DNA of 64,000 nucleotides from Octopus vulgaris (taxonomy: Eukaryota): assembly GCA_951406725.2 (NCBI GenBank), contig OX597820.1, positions 106,392,001-106,456,000 of the forward strand. The letters run 5' to 3'. The notes beneath the pieces are model-generated. The model did not search any database. It was given only the letters and a program-made list of their open reading frames with translations, and was not told where the DNA came from. Shown piece after piece: positions 1-11,500 of the stretch (its first letter is position 1; each line of letters opens with the position of its first letter). Made by a program: the position numbers and the translations under genes.

Positions 1-1121
1 TGAAGAAGTTAATTCTTATGAAAGAGATGATGAATGGTGAAATGCTTTGCCATAGAAAACCCTGCTGAGACCATTTAAACTTGACAAAATGAATGTACAG
101 AAGATAATAGTAGTGTTGGTAGGGGATGTATACTAGCTACATTTTAGTCCACCCCATGCCAACATGGACAACAGACACTAAATGATGATATATATATTTA
201 TATATACACACACACACACAGCACACACACGCAATCAGGCCTATATACAGTTTCTGTCTACCACATTCACTCAAAATGTATTGGTTGGCTAAGGGCTATA
301 GTCTAGACACTTACATGAGGTGCCATGTAGTGGGACTGAACCTGAAACTATGTGGTTGCAATGCAAGCTTTGTAAGCACATGGCGATGCCTGTGCCTTGT
401 CAACATTTCTCACACATAACTCACGACTTTCTATCAGGATGTGGCAAGGCAAGCAATTGGCTATTATGAATTAACTCCTGCATCAGTGCAACATTTATGG
501 ATTATCTGAAAACATCTCTCTCTCTCCCCCTCCCCCCTGCTCTCACCACCACCTGTCTTTATTGCCATCCATCACTCTCTCCCTCCTTCTCACACAGTAT
601 CTCCTCTATTTCTTATTATTAACATCCACCATTCTCTCTTACCCCATGATGCCATTCCTATGTTTTCTATTCAATCTCCTTATGAACAACCCACATATAG
701 CTGTCTGAAATTCCTTCACTCTTTTCCTTTGTTATTTTCTCTATCACCGTCTCACTCCTTGTACTCCTAGATCTCCCATCTTGTTCTCTACTCTACTCTC
801 CTAATCATGTTGCCTCACATGAATAAACACACTGAACATTAGAAAGGATTCTTTAGTCTTGTTGAGGACACCTCAGCCTTTCTAGTGCTGGTGCCATTAT
901 AAAATGCACATAGCATACTCTGCAAAGTGGTTGGTGTTAGGAACAGTATTCAGCTGTTGAAACCATGCCAAAAAATTGAGTGTAAGAGCAAGACATGATC
1001 CCCCTAACATACCCAGGTCGGCAGTGACTCCTAATTGACCTACCCAACACATATCAGCATGGAAAAACTGACTGGTGGTGGTGGTGGCAGCGGCAGCAGC
1101 TGTTGTTGTTGTTTGGTATAT

Positions 1122-1326
1122 TTAACCTTTAGCATTTAAATTGGCTATATCTGGTCGAGATATCATACCTGTTTTATGCTCACACATACCCTACATTGTC
1201 AGTTTAAAAATAAACAGTCAAATCTTTGAGATCTTGAAGCTACAAGATAGAGCATGATTAATTCAAAAGCAATGTGAATAAATAAGCATTAGATTTGACC
1301 AAGTAATCTGAATGCCAAAGGGTCAA
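1122..1326. mobile_element. piggyBac-like MITE, family 1 (~200 bp)
   Basis: Starts TTAACC(C)TTTAGCATT and ends AATGCCAAAGGGTCAA: short CCCTTT-type TIRs bounded by TTAA-like sites. Related copies at ~3135-3360 (reverse) and 20760-20963. Confidence 0.6.
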
Positions 1327-1589
1327 ACATATCTGTCTAATATTATTAACATTATATTGTTCCAATTCTCTTTACTCCGAGTTCAAATCCCACTGAATTC
1401 AACTTTGCCTTCCATCCTTTTGTGGGTTGATAAAAATGTACCAACCCAAAGCAGTGGATTGGCAGATCTTTTCAAGTGATATATAATAGTGAACCCCAAT
1501 TATTTTTTGCATCACAGACTGGTTTCCTACCAGATCATTTTTCCACAGACCAAGGGAATCATGTGCATAACAAAACACAATAAAAGGCA

Positions 1590-2130
1590 TAATCATCATC
1601 ATTTAATGTACATTTTTCCATAGTGGCATGGGTTGGATGGTTTGACAGGAGCTGGCCACCCCAAGAGCTGCCCAGGCTCCATCTCTGTATTAGCATGGTT
1701 GCTACAACTGGATGCTCTTCCTAACACCAACCACTTTTCAGAATGTACTTGGGTGCTTTTATGCAGCACTGACATGAGCACTTTTATGTGGCACTGGCAC
1801 AGGTGCTTATTATATGGCACCAGCACCCATAGCCTGCAAGATTAGGATCACTCAGCTGAAAGAGGGTTGTAGGTGACATGCCTGTAAGCAAAGGACAATC
1901 ACGATTTTACTTAGCTTGACGTGTCTTCTCAAGCACAGCAAAACACCAGAAGTCTCAGTCCCTTGTCATCCCCTCTGAGACCCAATGTCTGAAGATCCTT
2001 TCTCACCATTTCATCCCATGTCTTCCTGGGCCTTCCCCTTCTACATGTACCCTCCACAATTAGAGATTGGCACATCATACATACACATCACATGACCATA
2101 CCAGCACACTCTTCTCTCTTGCACACTACA
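1590..2130 (-). mobile_element. 5'-truncated RTE-type LINE 3' end with (GAT)n tail
   Basis: The minus strand at ~1980-2130 encodes the RT C-terminal 'WYGHV...GRPRKTW'-like region. It is followed by the 3' UTR shared with the copies at 10660-11500 and 20130-20690, with (CAT)n on the + strand. Confidence 0.65.
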
Positions 2131-2475
2131 TTTTCTGTCAAATACAAGGCAAAAACATCTCACAGACTGTAATAGTCACTGAAATAGAAATACAATTTTA
2201 AAATTTATTCTTTCTGTTCAGTCTGGTACCAAATGTTCCATGGCTTGGTACTGGTCCTTGGCCTGGTTGTTGGGGATCCCTGATATATAAGTTGCCTTGC
2301 AGTATCTATACCAGTTCTTTCCAGTCCGCAGCAATTCCTGCAACTACTGGTACCAAACTGTACCAGCTTTAAAGTGCTGGTCTTTCCCTTGAAATGACAT
2401 TAGTGGTGCAAAGAAAGGAGACTTGTGAGCAGGGGCAGTTGCCACTCTTAAAAAAGAAAATAAGAACTCACCCAA

Positions 2476-2832
2476 GCATGGCTGTGTAGGTATGAAGCTT
2501 GCTTTCCAACCATGTGGTCTTGGAGTCAGTCTCATTGCATAACATCTTGAGTAAGTGTCTTCTATAGCCCTGGGCTGACCAAAGCCTTGTCAGTGAACTT
2601 GACTGACAAAAACTGAAAGAAGCCCATCGTATATGTGTGTTTGTATTGCATTTGTTCCACTGCTTGACAACCAGTGTTGGTTTGTTTACGTCCCTGAAAC
2701 TTAGTGGTTTGGCAAAAGAGACTGGTAGAATAAGTACCAGTCTTAAAAATAAATAAATTTTGTTCAACTAAATCTCTTCATGGCAATGCTCCAGCATGCC
2801 TGCATTCCAGTGACTGAAAGAAATGAAAGATA
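2476..2832 (+). mobile_element. tRNA-derived SINE, family A (CORE-like head, ...GACTGAAACAAGTAAAAGA-type tail)
   Basis: GCATGGCTGTG head, then CTTGAGTAAGTGTCTTCTATAGCC, AAACTGAAAGAAGCCC, an internal TG microsatellite, CTTGACAACCAGTGTTGG, AGAATAAGTACCAG and CTCCAGCATG. About ten related copies occur in the window. Confidence 0.8.
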
Positions 2833-3840
2833 AATGATAAAAGAAAGCTTGCACATTCATGTGCAGAAAACATGGCCAACCCTAATCAGCAGATCCCCCC
2901 TCTCTTCCTCTACACCCTCTAATCATAAGTGTCACGTTTAAATGTCATTTGTATTAAAATTTTTAGCCATTCATTTATGATATGCATTGCTGAGGATAAT
3001 TCATGTGGAAAACATTCAATCAAGATGGGATGTTTAGCTTTACTGTACTTTAGTAGAAGAAACCTAATCTGCTGGTCTTACGAGGCAGGTGAATTACCTG
3101 TGAAACAGGTGAGATGCTTGTTGAGATTGGAAAGTTTAATCCTTCAGCATAAGGATTATTTTGTTAAATGTGATGATTATATATTCACATTGTTTTGAAT
3201 TAATAATGCTCTAACTTCAAGATTTTGATGATTGATTGTTTATTTTTAGAATGACATTGTGGGGAGGTGTGAGAGGTCACTTGTAACCAGTTTGAACATA
3301 AAACAGGTAGAATATTTTAGCCAGATATGGATATGGCTACTTTAAATGCTAAAGGGTTAATAAAAGTAAAGGTAGTGAGTGTTGGCACTTTGGGTAAGTG
3401 TTTTCTACTATAGCCCCAGGTCAACCAAAGTCTTGTGAGTGAATTTGTTTGATGGAAACTGAAAAATGTCCATTGTATAATGTTTGTGTGTGTTTGTACA
3501 CTTATTTTGATATTGTGTGATGACTGTAAACAAGCACCACCTTCATACAAGTAATGTTGTTAGTGTCCAGTCTTCCGTGAAAAATAATGACTGGCCATGG
3601 GGGAAATGTTAACTTTACTTGGAAACCAGTATGGATTGGTGACAGGAAGAACATTAGGCTGTGGAAAACCTGCTTCAACCAATTTCATCTGACATATGCT
3701 AGCAGGAAAAAGGGGACAGTGTCATAAATCATCACTGGCAGGATGTTCTTGTTGGAAATCTTTCTGTCTACAGTTCTATATTTAAGAGATGAGGAATTAT
3801 TTACATTTGACGAATATTTGTCCACATCTTGTTTGTTGTT

Positions 3841-3886
3841 AACACAATGTTTCAGCTGATATAGCCTCCAGCCTTCATCAGGTGTC
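3841..3886 (-). ncRNA. minimal type-I hammerhead ribozyme motif (decayed copy)
   Basis: Minus strand reads GACAC-CTGATGA-A-GGCTG..CAGCT-GAAAC-ATT-GTGTT. It differs from the + copy by CpG-type transitions. Confidence 0.55.
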
Positions 3887-3954
3887 TTGGGGAAATTTCG
3901 AACCTGGGTTCAAAATACCTTAGGAATAAGAACCCAAGATCGAAATTTCCCCAA

Positions 3955-4000
3955 GACACCTGATGAAGGCTCGAGGGTTTATCAGCCGAAACGTTGTGTT
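3955..4000 (+). ncRNA. minimal type-I hammerhead ribozyme motif
   Basis: Stem I GACAC/GTGTT, core CTGATGA (3960-3966), stem II GGCT/AGCC, then GAAAC-GTT with palindromic AACGTT and no loop III. Confidence 0.7.
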
Positions 4001-4429
4001 AACAACAAACAAGGTGAGGACAAATATCCGTCAATTGTAAATAATGTAAATAATCATTCTTTTAATTTTCATGGGAGAGTGAGAAATAGGAAATGGATGG
4101 GGAAGGGAATATATTGAAAAACAACAAGTGTGGAGGGATGGTAGGTAAGAGCAGGTAACAACTGTACAGGTTGGATGAGGCTGAGCAGTAATGAATGGTG
4201 GATAAGGACGAATGATGCTTGGGGTAGAGAAAATAAGATTAAGGATGAGGGGTGTATATCAAGTGAAATGGTTCTGGATAGTGAAAAAGATAGGTGGCAT
4301 CAATAAAAGCAGCAGTTAGAGAGATGAAGGGTGGTGGGCATATCTTGAGTGGGAAATTAAGCAAAGGGCCCAGTTGTGCATACACTCATGCACACAGCAC
4401 TTCCAAACCTTAATTTCACTGTGTTCAAT

Positions 4430-5160
4430 GGATCTTTTCAAGAACCACATATTGTCAAACATCTTGGTCCATTGTCATTTCTTCCTTGAGGTTCAAGCTC
4501 CTGAGATCAGCCTTCACCACTTCATTCCTTCCTTGTTGTCCTGTGTCTCTCCATTCCACAAGCTCCATCAAGATTTATACAGTTGTCTTCATGCATATGC
4601 ATTGCATGTCCATGCCAGCACAGTTTTCTTTCTTGCACACTATACCTAATTCCTATTCTCTCTGGTTTTTCTCTCAGCACATTTTGTACAATGTTAGTCT
4701 TGCACACTTACACTGCACATCCAATGGAGCATGGTCACTTTATATTTTGTTTTTCCAGCATTCTCAAGTACTCTGCATTCAAGACTCGTGCCTCATTTCC
4801 ATGCAGCATCACAGTTCTAAAGCAAACATCATACAATCTGCCCTTCATTTTGAGGAAAAGGACCAGTAATGATAGCTGCTCTCTGAAATTTTCTATTTTA
4901 TTCTTATCTTGGCTACAATGCTTTTGGAACAACCATCTCCCCTGCTAATTACATCTCCTTGGTAACAAAATCGATCAACTACCTCTAGTGAGCCAGACAA
5001 ATATTTAAAAGAATCTATTTCAGGTGTGCTCATAGTATGTACTATTCCAGTGTATCTGTCACATATGAAGCTTACATTCCCTACTAGTCTACCTGTGATT
5101 CTATTACACCTTTTGTGTTTCCATAGCTTACATTGCATATGGAGTTTACACCTGCACCTT
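4430..5160 (-). mobile_element. RTE-type LINE ORF2 C-terminal relic
   Basis: Minus-strand peptides GSLEVVDRFCYQGDVIS..., KGRLYDVCFRTVMLHGNEA and VQERKLCWHGHAMHM resemble the post-RT region of RTE elements; frameshifted. Confidence 0.75.
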
Positions 5161-6164
5161 TCTTGCCTTCTCTCCTACTGAGTAAAAACCTTTGTCTTCA
5201 CTTGAGGCCTTTCAGTTCTGCATATCAAGCAAAGCCATTTCCTTGACAATACCAGAATCCTGCCTTCTCTTGAGGTCACTCAGTTCTATGCTTGGTCACA
5301 TTTTGTATGAGAATGCTTATAGTCAGATTATTTGACTCCAGAAAGTATTTAAGTGAATTCCTTTTCCAAAAGGGTTGAAACATAGTCAGCCCCAGTAGTA
5401 TTTTGAGCTTCAAATTGATAATACCAAGGTTAAGTATTGTAACACATCAAGTCTGGCACTGTTTTGTTTCTATCAAATTTTCTCCCTTTTTTAAATAGTA
5501 GTAAATATCAGTGGTAAATGTATTCTTTTCCTCCTCATCATCATTTTCATTGTTTTTAACACCCACCTTTCTGTGCTTACATGGGTCAGATGGATTTTCT
5601 TGAAGCAGATTTTCTGCAACAGGAAGGGCATCTGGTCCTTCCCATTGTCAACCCTCACCTGTTTCCACTCACGGTAATATTTCCCCATGGCAAGACATGT
5701 TTTGAGAAAGTATTGGAAATAAACAACACCACTTGAATGACACTAGCATTCATTTACAACTATTACATGATGTCAAAACAAAGGCACTAACACACACACA
5801 CACACTCACCAAACTGAATATGCATTCATCCTACATGTCTTCTGTTAACTCTCTGTGTATCTCTCTTCTAGTATTTCTTTCCATCTCTCTATACACAGGA
5901 TTCCTGTGTTGTCAATATTTTTTTTTTTTTTAATTTGAGCCAAATAGGGAAGATTCTGTGTATCTGCACTTTTACTTCGTACAGCAGCTAAATTTCTCAA
6001 CAAATCCTCATGCCTGTTTTTTTAACTTAAATCTCAGAACAATATACTCCAGAAATACTGGAAATGTGCGTAATTCATTTTGCTATCTCAGTACCAGCTG
6101 GAGCAAAGGTCAGCAGGGCTTCCCAACAAGTTCCTTGAATACCTTCCAAACATTAAATAGAATA

Positions 6165-6380
6165 TTGGTATCAAACTTTGAAACAGGGCCAGCAATTTTA
6201 GAGGAGGGGTAAGTCAGTTACATCAACCCCCAGTATTCAACTGGTACTTATTTTATTAACCCTGAAAGGATGAAAAACAAGATGACCTTGGCAGAATTTG
6301 AACTCAGAATATGAAGTTGGACAAAATGCCACTATGCATTTTGCCCGGCTTGCTAACAATTCTGCCCGCTCGCTACCTTA
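6165..6380 (-). mobile_element. tRNA-derived SINE, family C (GCCTTTCATCCTTTCGGGGTCGATAAAATAAGTACCAG core, Meta-domain-like)
   Basis: Reverse complement of the GAGTTCAAATT B-box plus core sequence, which recurs at ~8950-9470, 21180-21325, 29540-29820, 30355-30572, 33715-33850, 34235-34620, 39228-39420, 56475-56600, 57170-57395 and 59225-59620. Confidence 0.75.
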
Positions 6381-8947
6381 AACATTAAATGAAATATATT
6401 TCATTTTTAATTTCTTATTTACATGAAGCCCTTTTTTTTTAAAGTTGATTAAATTGAGTCTTATGGTATGATTCTTTTTATCAACCCCAGAGGAATAAAA
6501 TAACAAACTTTATCCTAGCATAAATTTGAACTTAGAATGTAGATATTTAGTGCAGCACTGTAGCGGCTTTATTTTTACCTTTGATATATAGATAATGATA
6601 TTATCATAATTGAGTAGCTTAGTTGAAATTGGGTGTTGTTGAGGCATTTTCCAACTATCATTTAATAATATAACTGAATGAAGAGCTGCCAGAATTTTTA
6701 GAATATCAGGAAACATAACTTGCAATCCTACAGGGATCGCTTTTGCCTTTTATCCTTTCAGCTTTTATAAAATAAACTATCAGTCAAGTATTGTAGTTGA
6801 TGGTATTGACTAAACTGCCTATCCTTGTGATTTAGGCCTTATGCCTAAATCAGAAACCATTGTTAAATAACTAGAGTGTCACTTATGATATGATGTGTAA
6901 ATTTGGAAATATATTTTTGCAACCATTGGTAATTTTAAGAAATATGGCATACGTACTATCAACTTTTATCAGATTTCTTAGTGCTTATACTAAATGATGA
7001 AATAAATACTTTATTTTCAAAAGAAAATAGTTATTACCTTAAAATGAAATTAAATAAAATGAATTTCTCATTTTGTAGTTTTGCTATAAATATGTTATTA
7101 TATTTCTAAATTTTATCAATATAATCACAATATTCTCCATTGAAAACCTATCTCTGCAAAATTTCATTTAACCATTTTAGCATTCAGATTCCTGTGATAA
7201 CAGTTTTAACAATAATGCTAATAATCATGCGATGATGTGGATGAGGGGGGGGGGGGGATAATAATGACAATGACACGCTGACAAGGCAATAGATTTGATA
7301 TTTTACAAAATGAGATTTGGTGTATTTTGCAGTTTTGAATTAAAAGATCTTATGTCAGTTGGGTTAGATTTTCATCTCTTATGTAACCTTAGATAATTTT
7401 TCCCAACAGGTCTACATGGAGCTAACAAATCTAAGAGGAAATTGTTCTTAACAATAAATTCTGCATAAATGGATGGTTTTAAAATTTCCTGTATATTATG
7501 ACAAAATTTTTTAAAAAATATAAAAAGAAATGTGGATCAAAGATGCGGTGTCTTTATACAGGCACACGACTTGCTAGAAATAACAATTAAACTGCACCCT
7601 ACCATCTTTGAAAAGGCTCTACTATATAATGTACCCTTTGATATGCTGTGCTTAGGAAAAAAAGACAGAGTGATAATAGAAAGAATGATTTTAATCATGG
7701 GTCTGCTTGACCAGGGTTGGCCTAAGCTTAAACAAGAAGACAAATTAATTTAAAATGGAAGCTGCCACAAAGTCGCTCAATCTGCATCATCATCATCTTC
7801 GTTAAACGTCCATTTTCCATGCTAGCATGGGTTGGACAGTTCAACCGGGGTCTGAAAAGCCAGGAGGCTGCACCAGGCACCAGTCTGATCAGGCAGTGTT
7901 TCTACAGCTGGATGCTCTTCCTAATGCCAACCACTCTGTGAGTGTAGTGGGTGCTTTTTACATGTCACTGGCACAAGAGCCAGAGGAGGCTACCAATGTC
8001 CACGATCAGCTGGTACTTTTTACGTGCCACCGTTGGCCAAATCTTTTCCTCAAACCTCTGCAAAATGGTAACCCCATTTTGCTTGTTTCCACTGCAGGCA
8101 ATGCCACAACGTTCAGTCGTACAAGACAGTCACTGTGCATCCCATCTCCTGTGACCAGTCACTTGCAGCATTTGCTGAAATGTGTATATCTAAGGTGCAA
8201 GGTCTTTTGAAGACGTGTGCTCTTACATAATTCTTTTAACTGAATTTAATCAAAACAGTAAACATTTCTCGCATTATTTTCTTCGTATGATTAGATAAAT
8301 ATATTTATTGGTTTTTATGTACTTGTTAGATAAGTAGTAGAGTGTATATTTTTATCATGTCAAGTTCACCTGCTGATAAAAAATGTCTAGGGTGAATTAA
8401 CGTAGAAGTATAAAAGATAGAAATATAATACTCGCTTATCCTAAAACTTAATGTTTGGCAATATGATGGTATTAATAATCATATCACATTTTACTAGTAA
8501 TAATTTTTTAAAACCTATGCCCGACGAATTTTGAAATGGTTTTATTTCATTTTGGAGTAAAAATGAATGTTTAATGGAGTAGTTTGACTTTTAAAAGACA
8601 GCCTGTCACCGATGCAAGGGAGATAACCCCTAAGCGACTCTTTGTTTTGTTCTCGTAATAATCTGCTCTTCACAAATTTGAATATAGTTACACTTTAAAT
8701 TGTATCTTAGTTCTTAGCTGAGTATATTATTTTCTATTTTCGTTCTTTCTCAAGCTAATTTACTTAAACTATTAATCTTATTGTAAATTCATAAACCTTA
8801 CCCTTTCCTCTTTATTTATTGTTAGTCTTTCTGTCTTTTAGTCTGTGTACTTTCGGTTGTAGTCTTTCTTTACTTAACTTATGCCTACTTTCTGTCCTTT
8901 TAAAACCATTTCTGACAAGTTATAGTGTATCTGAACACTGTATACAG

Positions 8948-9470
8948 ACTTTGCCATTCATCCATTCAGGGTCGTTGAAATAGGTACCAGTTACACACTG
9001 GGGTCGATGTAATCGACTTGCCCCTCCCCCCAAAATTTCAGGCCTTGAGCCTAGAGTAAAAAAGGATTATTATTCTGCTGCACAAAATGCTTGCTGGCAT
9101 TTCGCCCGTCTTTACCATTCTGAATTCAAATTCTGCCATGGTCGACTTTACCATTCATCCTTTCACGGTCAATAAATTAAGTACCACTGAAATACTGAGG
9201 TTGATGTAATCCAATGCTCCACAACCAGTATTCTCTGGCACACTGGTATGCCACGAGACAACGCTACTTGTGCTGCAGTGTAGCCTGAATATAATTTTTT
9301 TCTACATACCTTTAGTTATATTTTTAGTTCAGGTGTACTGCTGAATTTTGGAAAGAATATCCAGGTGTACTGCAAGCGGAAAAAAGGTGCTGGAGCACTG
9401 ATGTAACCGACTTGTCCCCTCCCCCCCAAATTTCAGGCCTTGTGCCATTAGTAGACAGGATTATCATTAT
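8948..9470 (+). mobile_element. tandem pair of family C SINEs, the second interrupted by a hAT MITE
   Basis: Two successive core-plus-tail units ending CCAAAATTTCAGGCCTTG...GGATTAT. Confidence 0.75.
9212..9400. mobile_element. hAT (Charlie-like) MITE, 189 bp, with 8-bp TSD
   Basis: Ends are CAATGCTCCA and TGGAGCACTG. Flanked by ATGTAATC (9204-9211) and ATGTAACC (9401-9408), and it cleanly splits a family C SINE. Confidence 0.8.
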
Positions 9471-9499
9471 TATAACAAATGTTTTCAATTTCTCTGCAT

Positions 9500-9740
9500 C
9501 TTTTATCTTTTACCTGATTTAGTCATTGGACCACTGCCATGGTGGTGGTGGTGGTCGTGGTGGGGATCACCACCCTGAAGAATTTTAGTTGAATGAATCA
9601 ACTCCAATACTTTTTTTTCTTTTAAAGCCTGGTACTTATTCTATCAGTCTTTTTTTGCCAAACTGCTAAGTTAAGGACATAAAGACATCAACATGAGTTG
9701 TCAGGCATTGGTGGGAGACAAACAAAAATACACACACACA
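9500..9740 (-). mobile_element. SINE family A, 3' half
   Basis: Reverse complement of the family A tail, ending at the internal CA/TA microsatellite where the mariner begins. Confidence 0.7.
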
Positions 9741-9741
9741 T

Positions 9742-9783
<42 letters not shown>

Positions 9784-9789
<6 letters not shown>

Positions 9790-10660
9790 CATCCCATAAG
9801 TAATGTGTTTTTTTTCAATTGCATGAACTAAAAGTTAGAAGGGGACAGGATAAACTACCTGCATCAACTTGTTATAAAAGCAGGTAGTAATTGTATCTTG
9901 TACTTATTCTTAGTGCAAGCTTTTGAAGAGTGCAATTCTATTTTAACAGTTATTTTTTTAAAGCTATAATGGAAGTGACAAAGGAACATTTTCGGCATAT
10001 TTTGCTCTATGAGTTCAATAAAGGCAACAGCACAATGGAAAATGCAAGGAATATTAATGCAGTATGCGGGATTAGACAATAAGCATAAGCCAGTGTCAAC
10101 GGTGGTTCCAGAAATTCTGAGCTGGAAACTATAGCATAGAAGACAAGCCTCATCCTGGAAGATCTGTAGAACTCGAGGACATCCTACAATCCCTGGTGGA
10201 ACAAAATTCCAAGCTTGGATTTGGTCATCCAGCCATTCATTGACACCTGTGTGCCATCGTAAAAGTCAACAAATTGGGTCAATGGGTTCTTCTCAAGTTT
10301 TTTGAGTCTAATCATGCACAGAGAGTGAACGTGTGCTCTTCTTTGCTGTCACGTCTCATGAATAAACCATTTTTTTGATGAAATAGTGACTGGTGATGAG
10401 AAATTGGTTCTCTATAAAAATGTCAAGTGCCAAAGACATTGGGTGGGGAAAGGAGAAACACCAGTACCCCAGGCTAAAGGATCTTCACCCATGTAAGGTA
10501 TTGTTATCTGTTTGGTGGGATGTAAAAGGTTTAGTTCACTTTGAACTTTTAAACACAAACCAAACGATAACAAAGGAGATCTACTGTGAACAGCTTTAGT
10601 GGCTTAAGTCAATGCTAGAAGAAAAATGACCGGTTTTTTTTTTGTTGCAAGATGAAAAGT
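9784..10660 (+). mobile_element. decayed mariner transposon (left end plus transposase pseudogene, 3'-truncated)
   Basis: Begins at TA after (TA)n. ATG at 9969 gives MEVTKEHFRHILLYEFNKG...; later come CQRWFQKF*AGNYSIEDKPHPGRS, IVTGDEK and LHPCKVLLSVWWDVKGLVHFELLNTNQTITKEIYCEQL, typical of mariner transposases. Contains stops and frameshifts. Confidence 0.9.
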
Positions 10661-11500
10661 GGCAAGGTTTCTACAGCTGGATGCCCTTCCTAATGCCAAC
10701 CACTCTGAGTGTAGTGGGAGCTTTTTACATGCCACCGGTATGAGGGCCAATCAGGCAGTACTGGCTGAAATGTTTTTTATGTGCCACCTGCACAGGAGCC
10801 AGTCCAGTAGTACTGGCAACGACCTTGCTTGAATGTTGTTTTTCACATGCCACTGGCACAAGTGCCAGTTGGGTGACACTGGTAATGATCATGCTTGAAT
10901 GGTGCTGTTTATGTGCCACCAGCACAGGAGCCAGTCAGCAGGAGCCAGCACAAGAGCCAGCCTGGCAACGATCATGCTCGGATGGTGCTTTAACTTTCCT
11001 CTGGCACAGGTGCCAGTCAGGTGCTGTCATTGGCCACATCAGTGAATTTGATTTTGATTGTAATTTCACTTGCCTCGACAGGTCTTTGCAAACAAAGTTC
11101 AGTGTCCGACAAAAGAAAGGTACACATAAGTAGGCTGGTTACACCACTGGCATAGTCCATGGGTTATGGTCTCACTTGGCTTGCTGGGTCTTCTCATATT
11201 TCCTAAGGTCTTGGTCACTAATCATTGCCTTGGTGAGGCCCAGTGTTCGAAGGTCATGCTTCACCTCATCCCAGGTCTTCCTGGGTCTACCTCTTTCACA
11301 GATTCCCTCAGCTGCTAGGGTGTGACACTTTTTCACACAGCTGTCCTCATCCATTTGCACCACATGACCATACCAGCGCAGTTGTCTCTCTTGCACACCA
11401 CAACTGATGCTTTTTTAGGTTCAACTTTTCTTTCAAGGCGCTTACACTTTGTCGTGAATGCACACTGACATTACACATCCAGCAGAGCATACTGGCTTCT
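10660..11500 (-). mobile_element. RTE-type LINE 3' end with ~60-bp tandem repeats in the 3' UTR
   Basis: ORF 11172-11396 reads QERQLRWYGHVVQMDEDSCVKKC...GRPRKTWDEVKHDL. About five diverged TTTTATGTGCCACCGGCACAGGAGCCAGT-like units lie at 10725-11040. Confidence 0.8.

Larger units (their letters stand above)
3796..4045. repeat. ~115-bp-arm inverted repeat carrying two opposed hammerhead motifs (Penelope pLTR-like)
   Basis: 3796-3911 is the reverse complement of 3930-4045 with scattered mismatches. Each arm contains CTGATGA...GAAAC. Confidence 0.85.

Noticed and set aside
2476-2560. tRNA-like A/B boxes in SINE heads as tRNA genes
   Set aside because: They continue directly into SINE bodies and do not form cloverleaves.
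7410-7460. Possible terminal exon VYMELTNLRGNCS* followed by AATAAA
   Set aside because: Only an acceptor-like CAG and a short frame; expected by chance in AT-rich DNA.
8220-8645. Possible DNA-transposon relic with CAAGGGAGATAAC motif
   Set aside because: Could not define TIRs or a TSD.
10725-11040. Spaced repeats superficially like a CRISPR array
   Set aside because: Units are diverged tandem repeats in a LINE 3' UTR; eukaryotic context and no cas genes.
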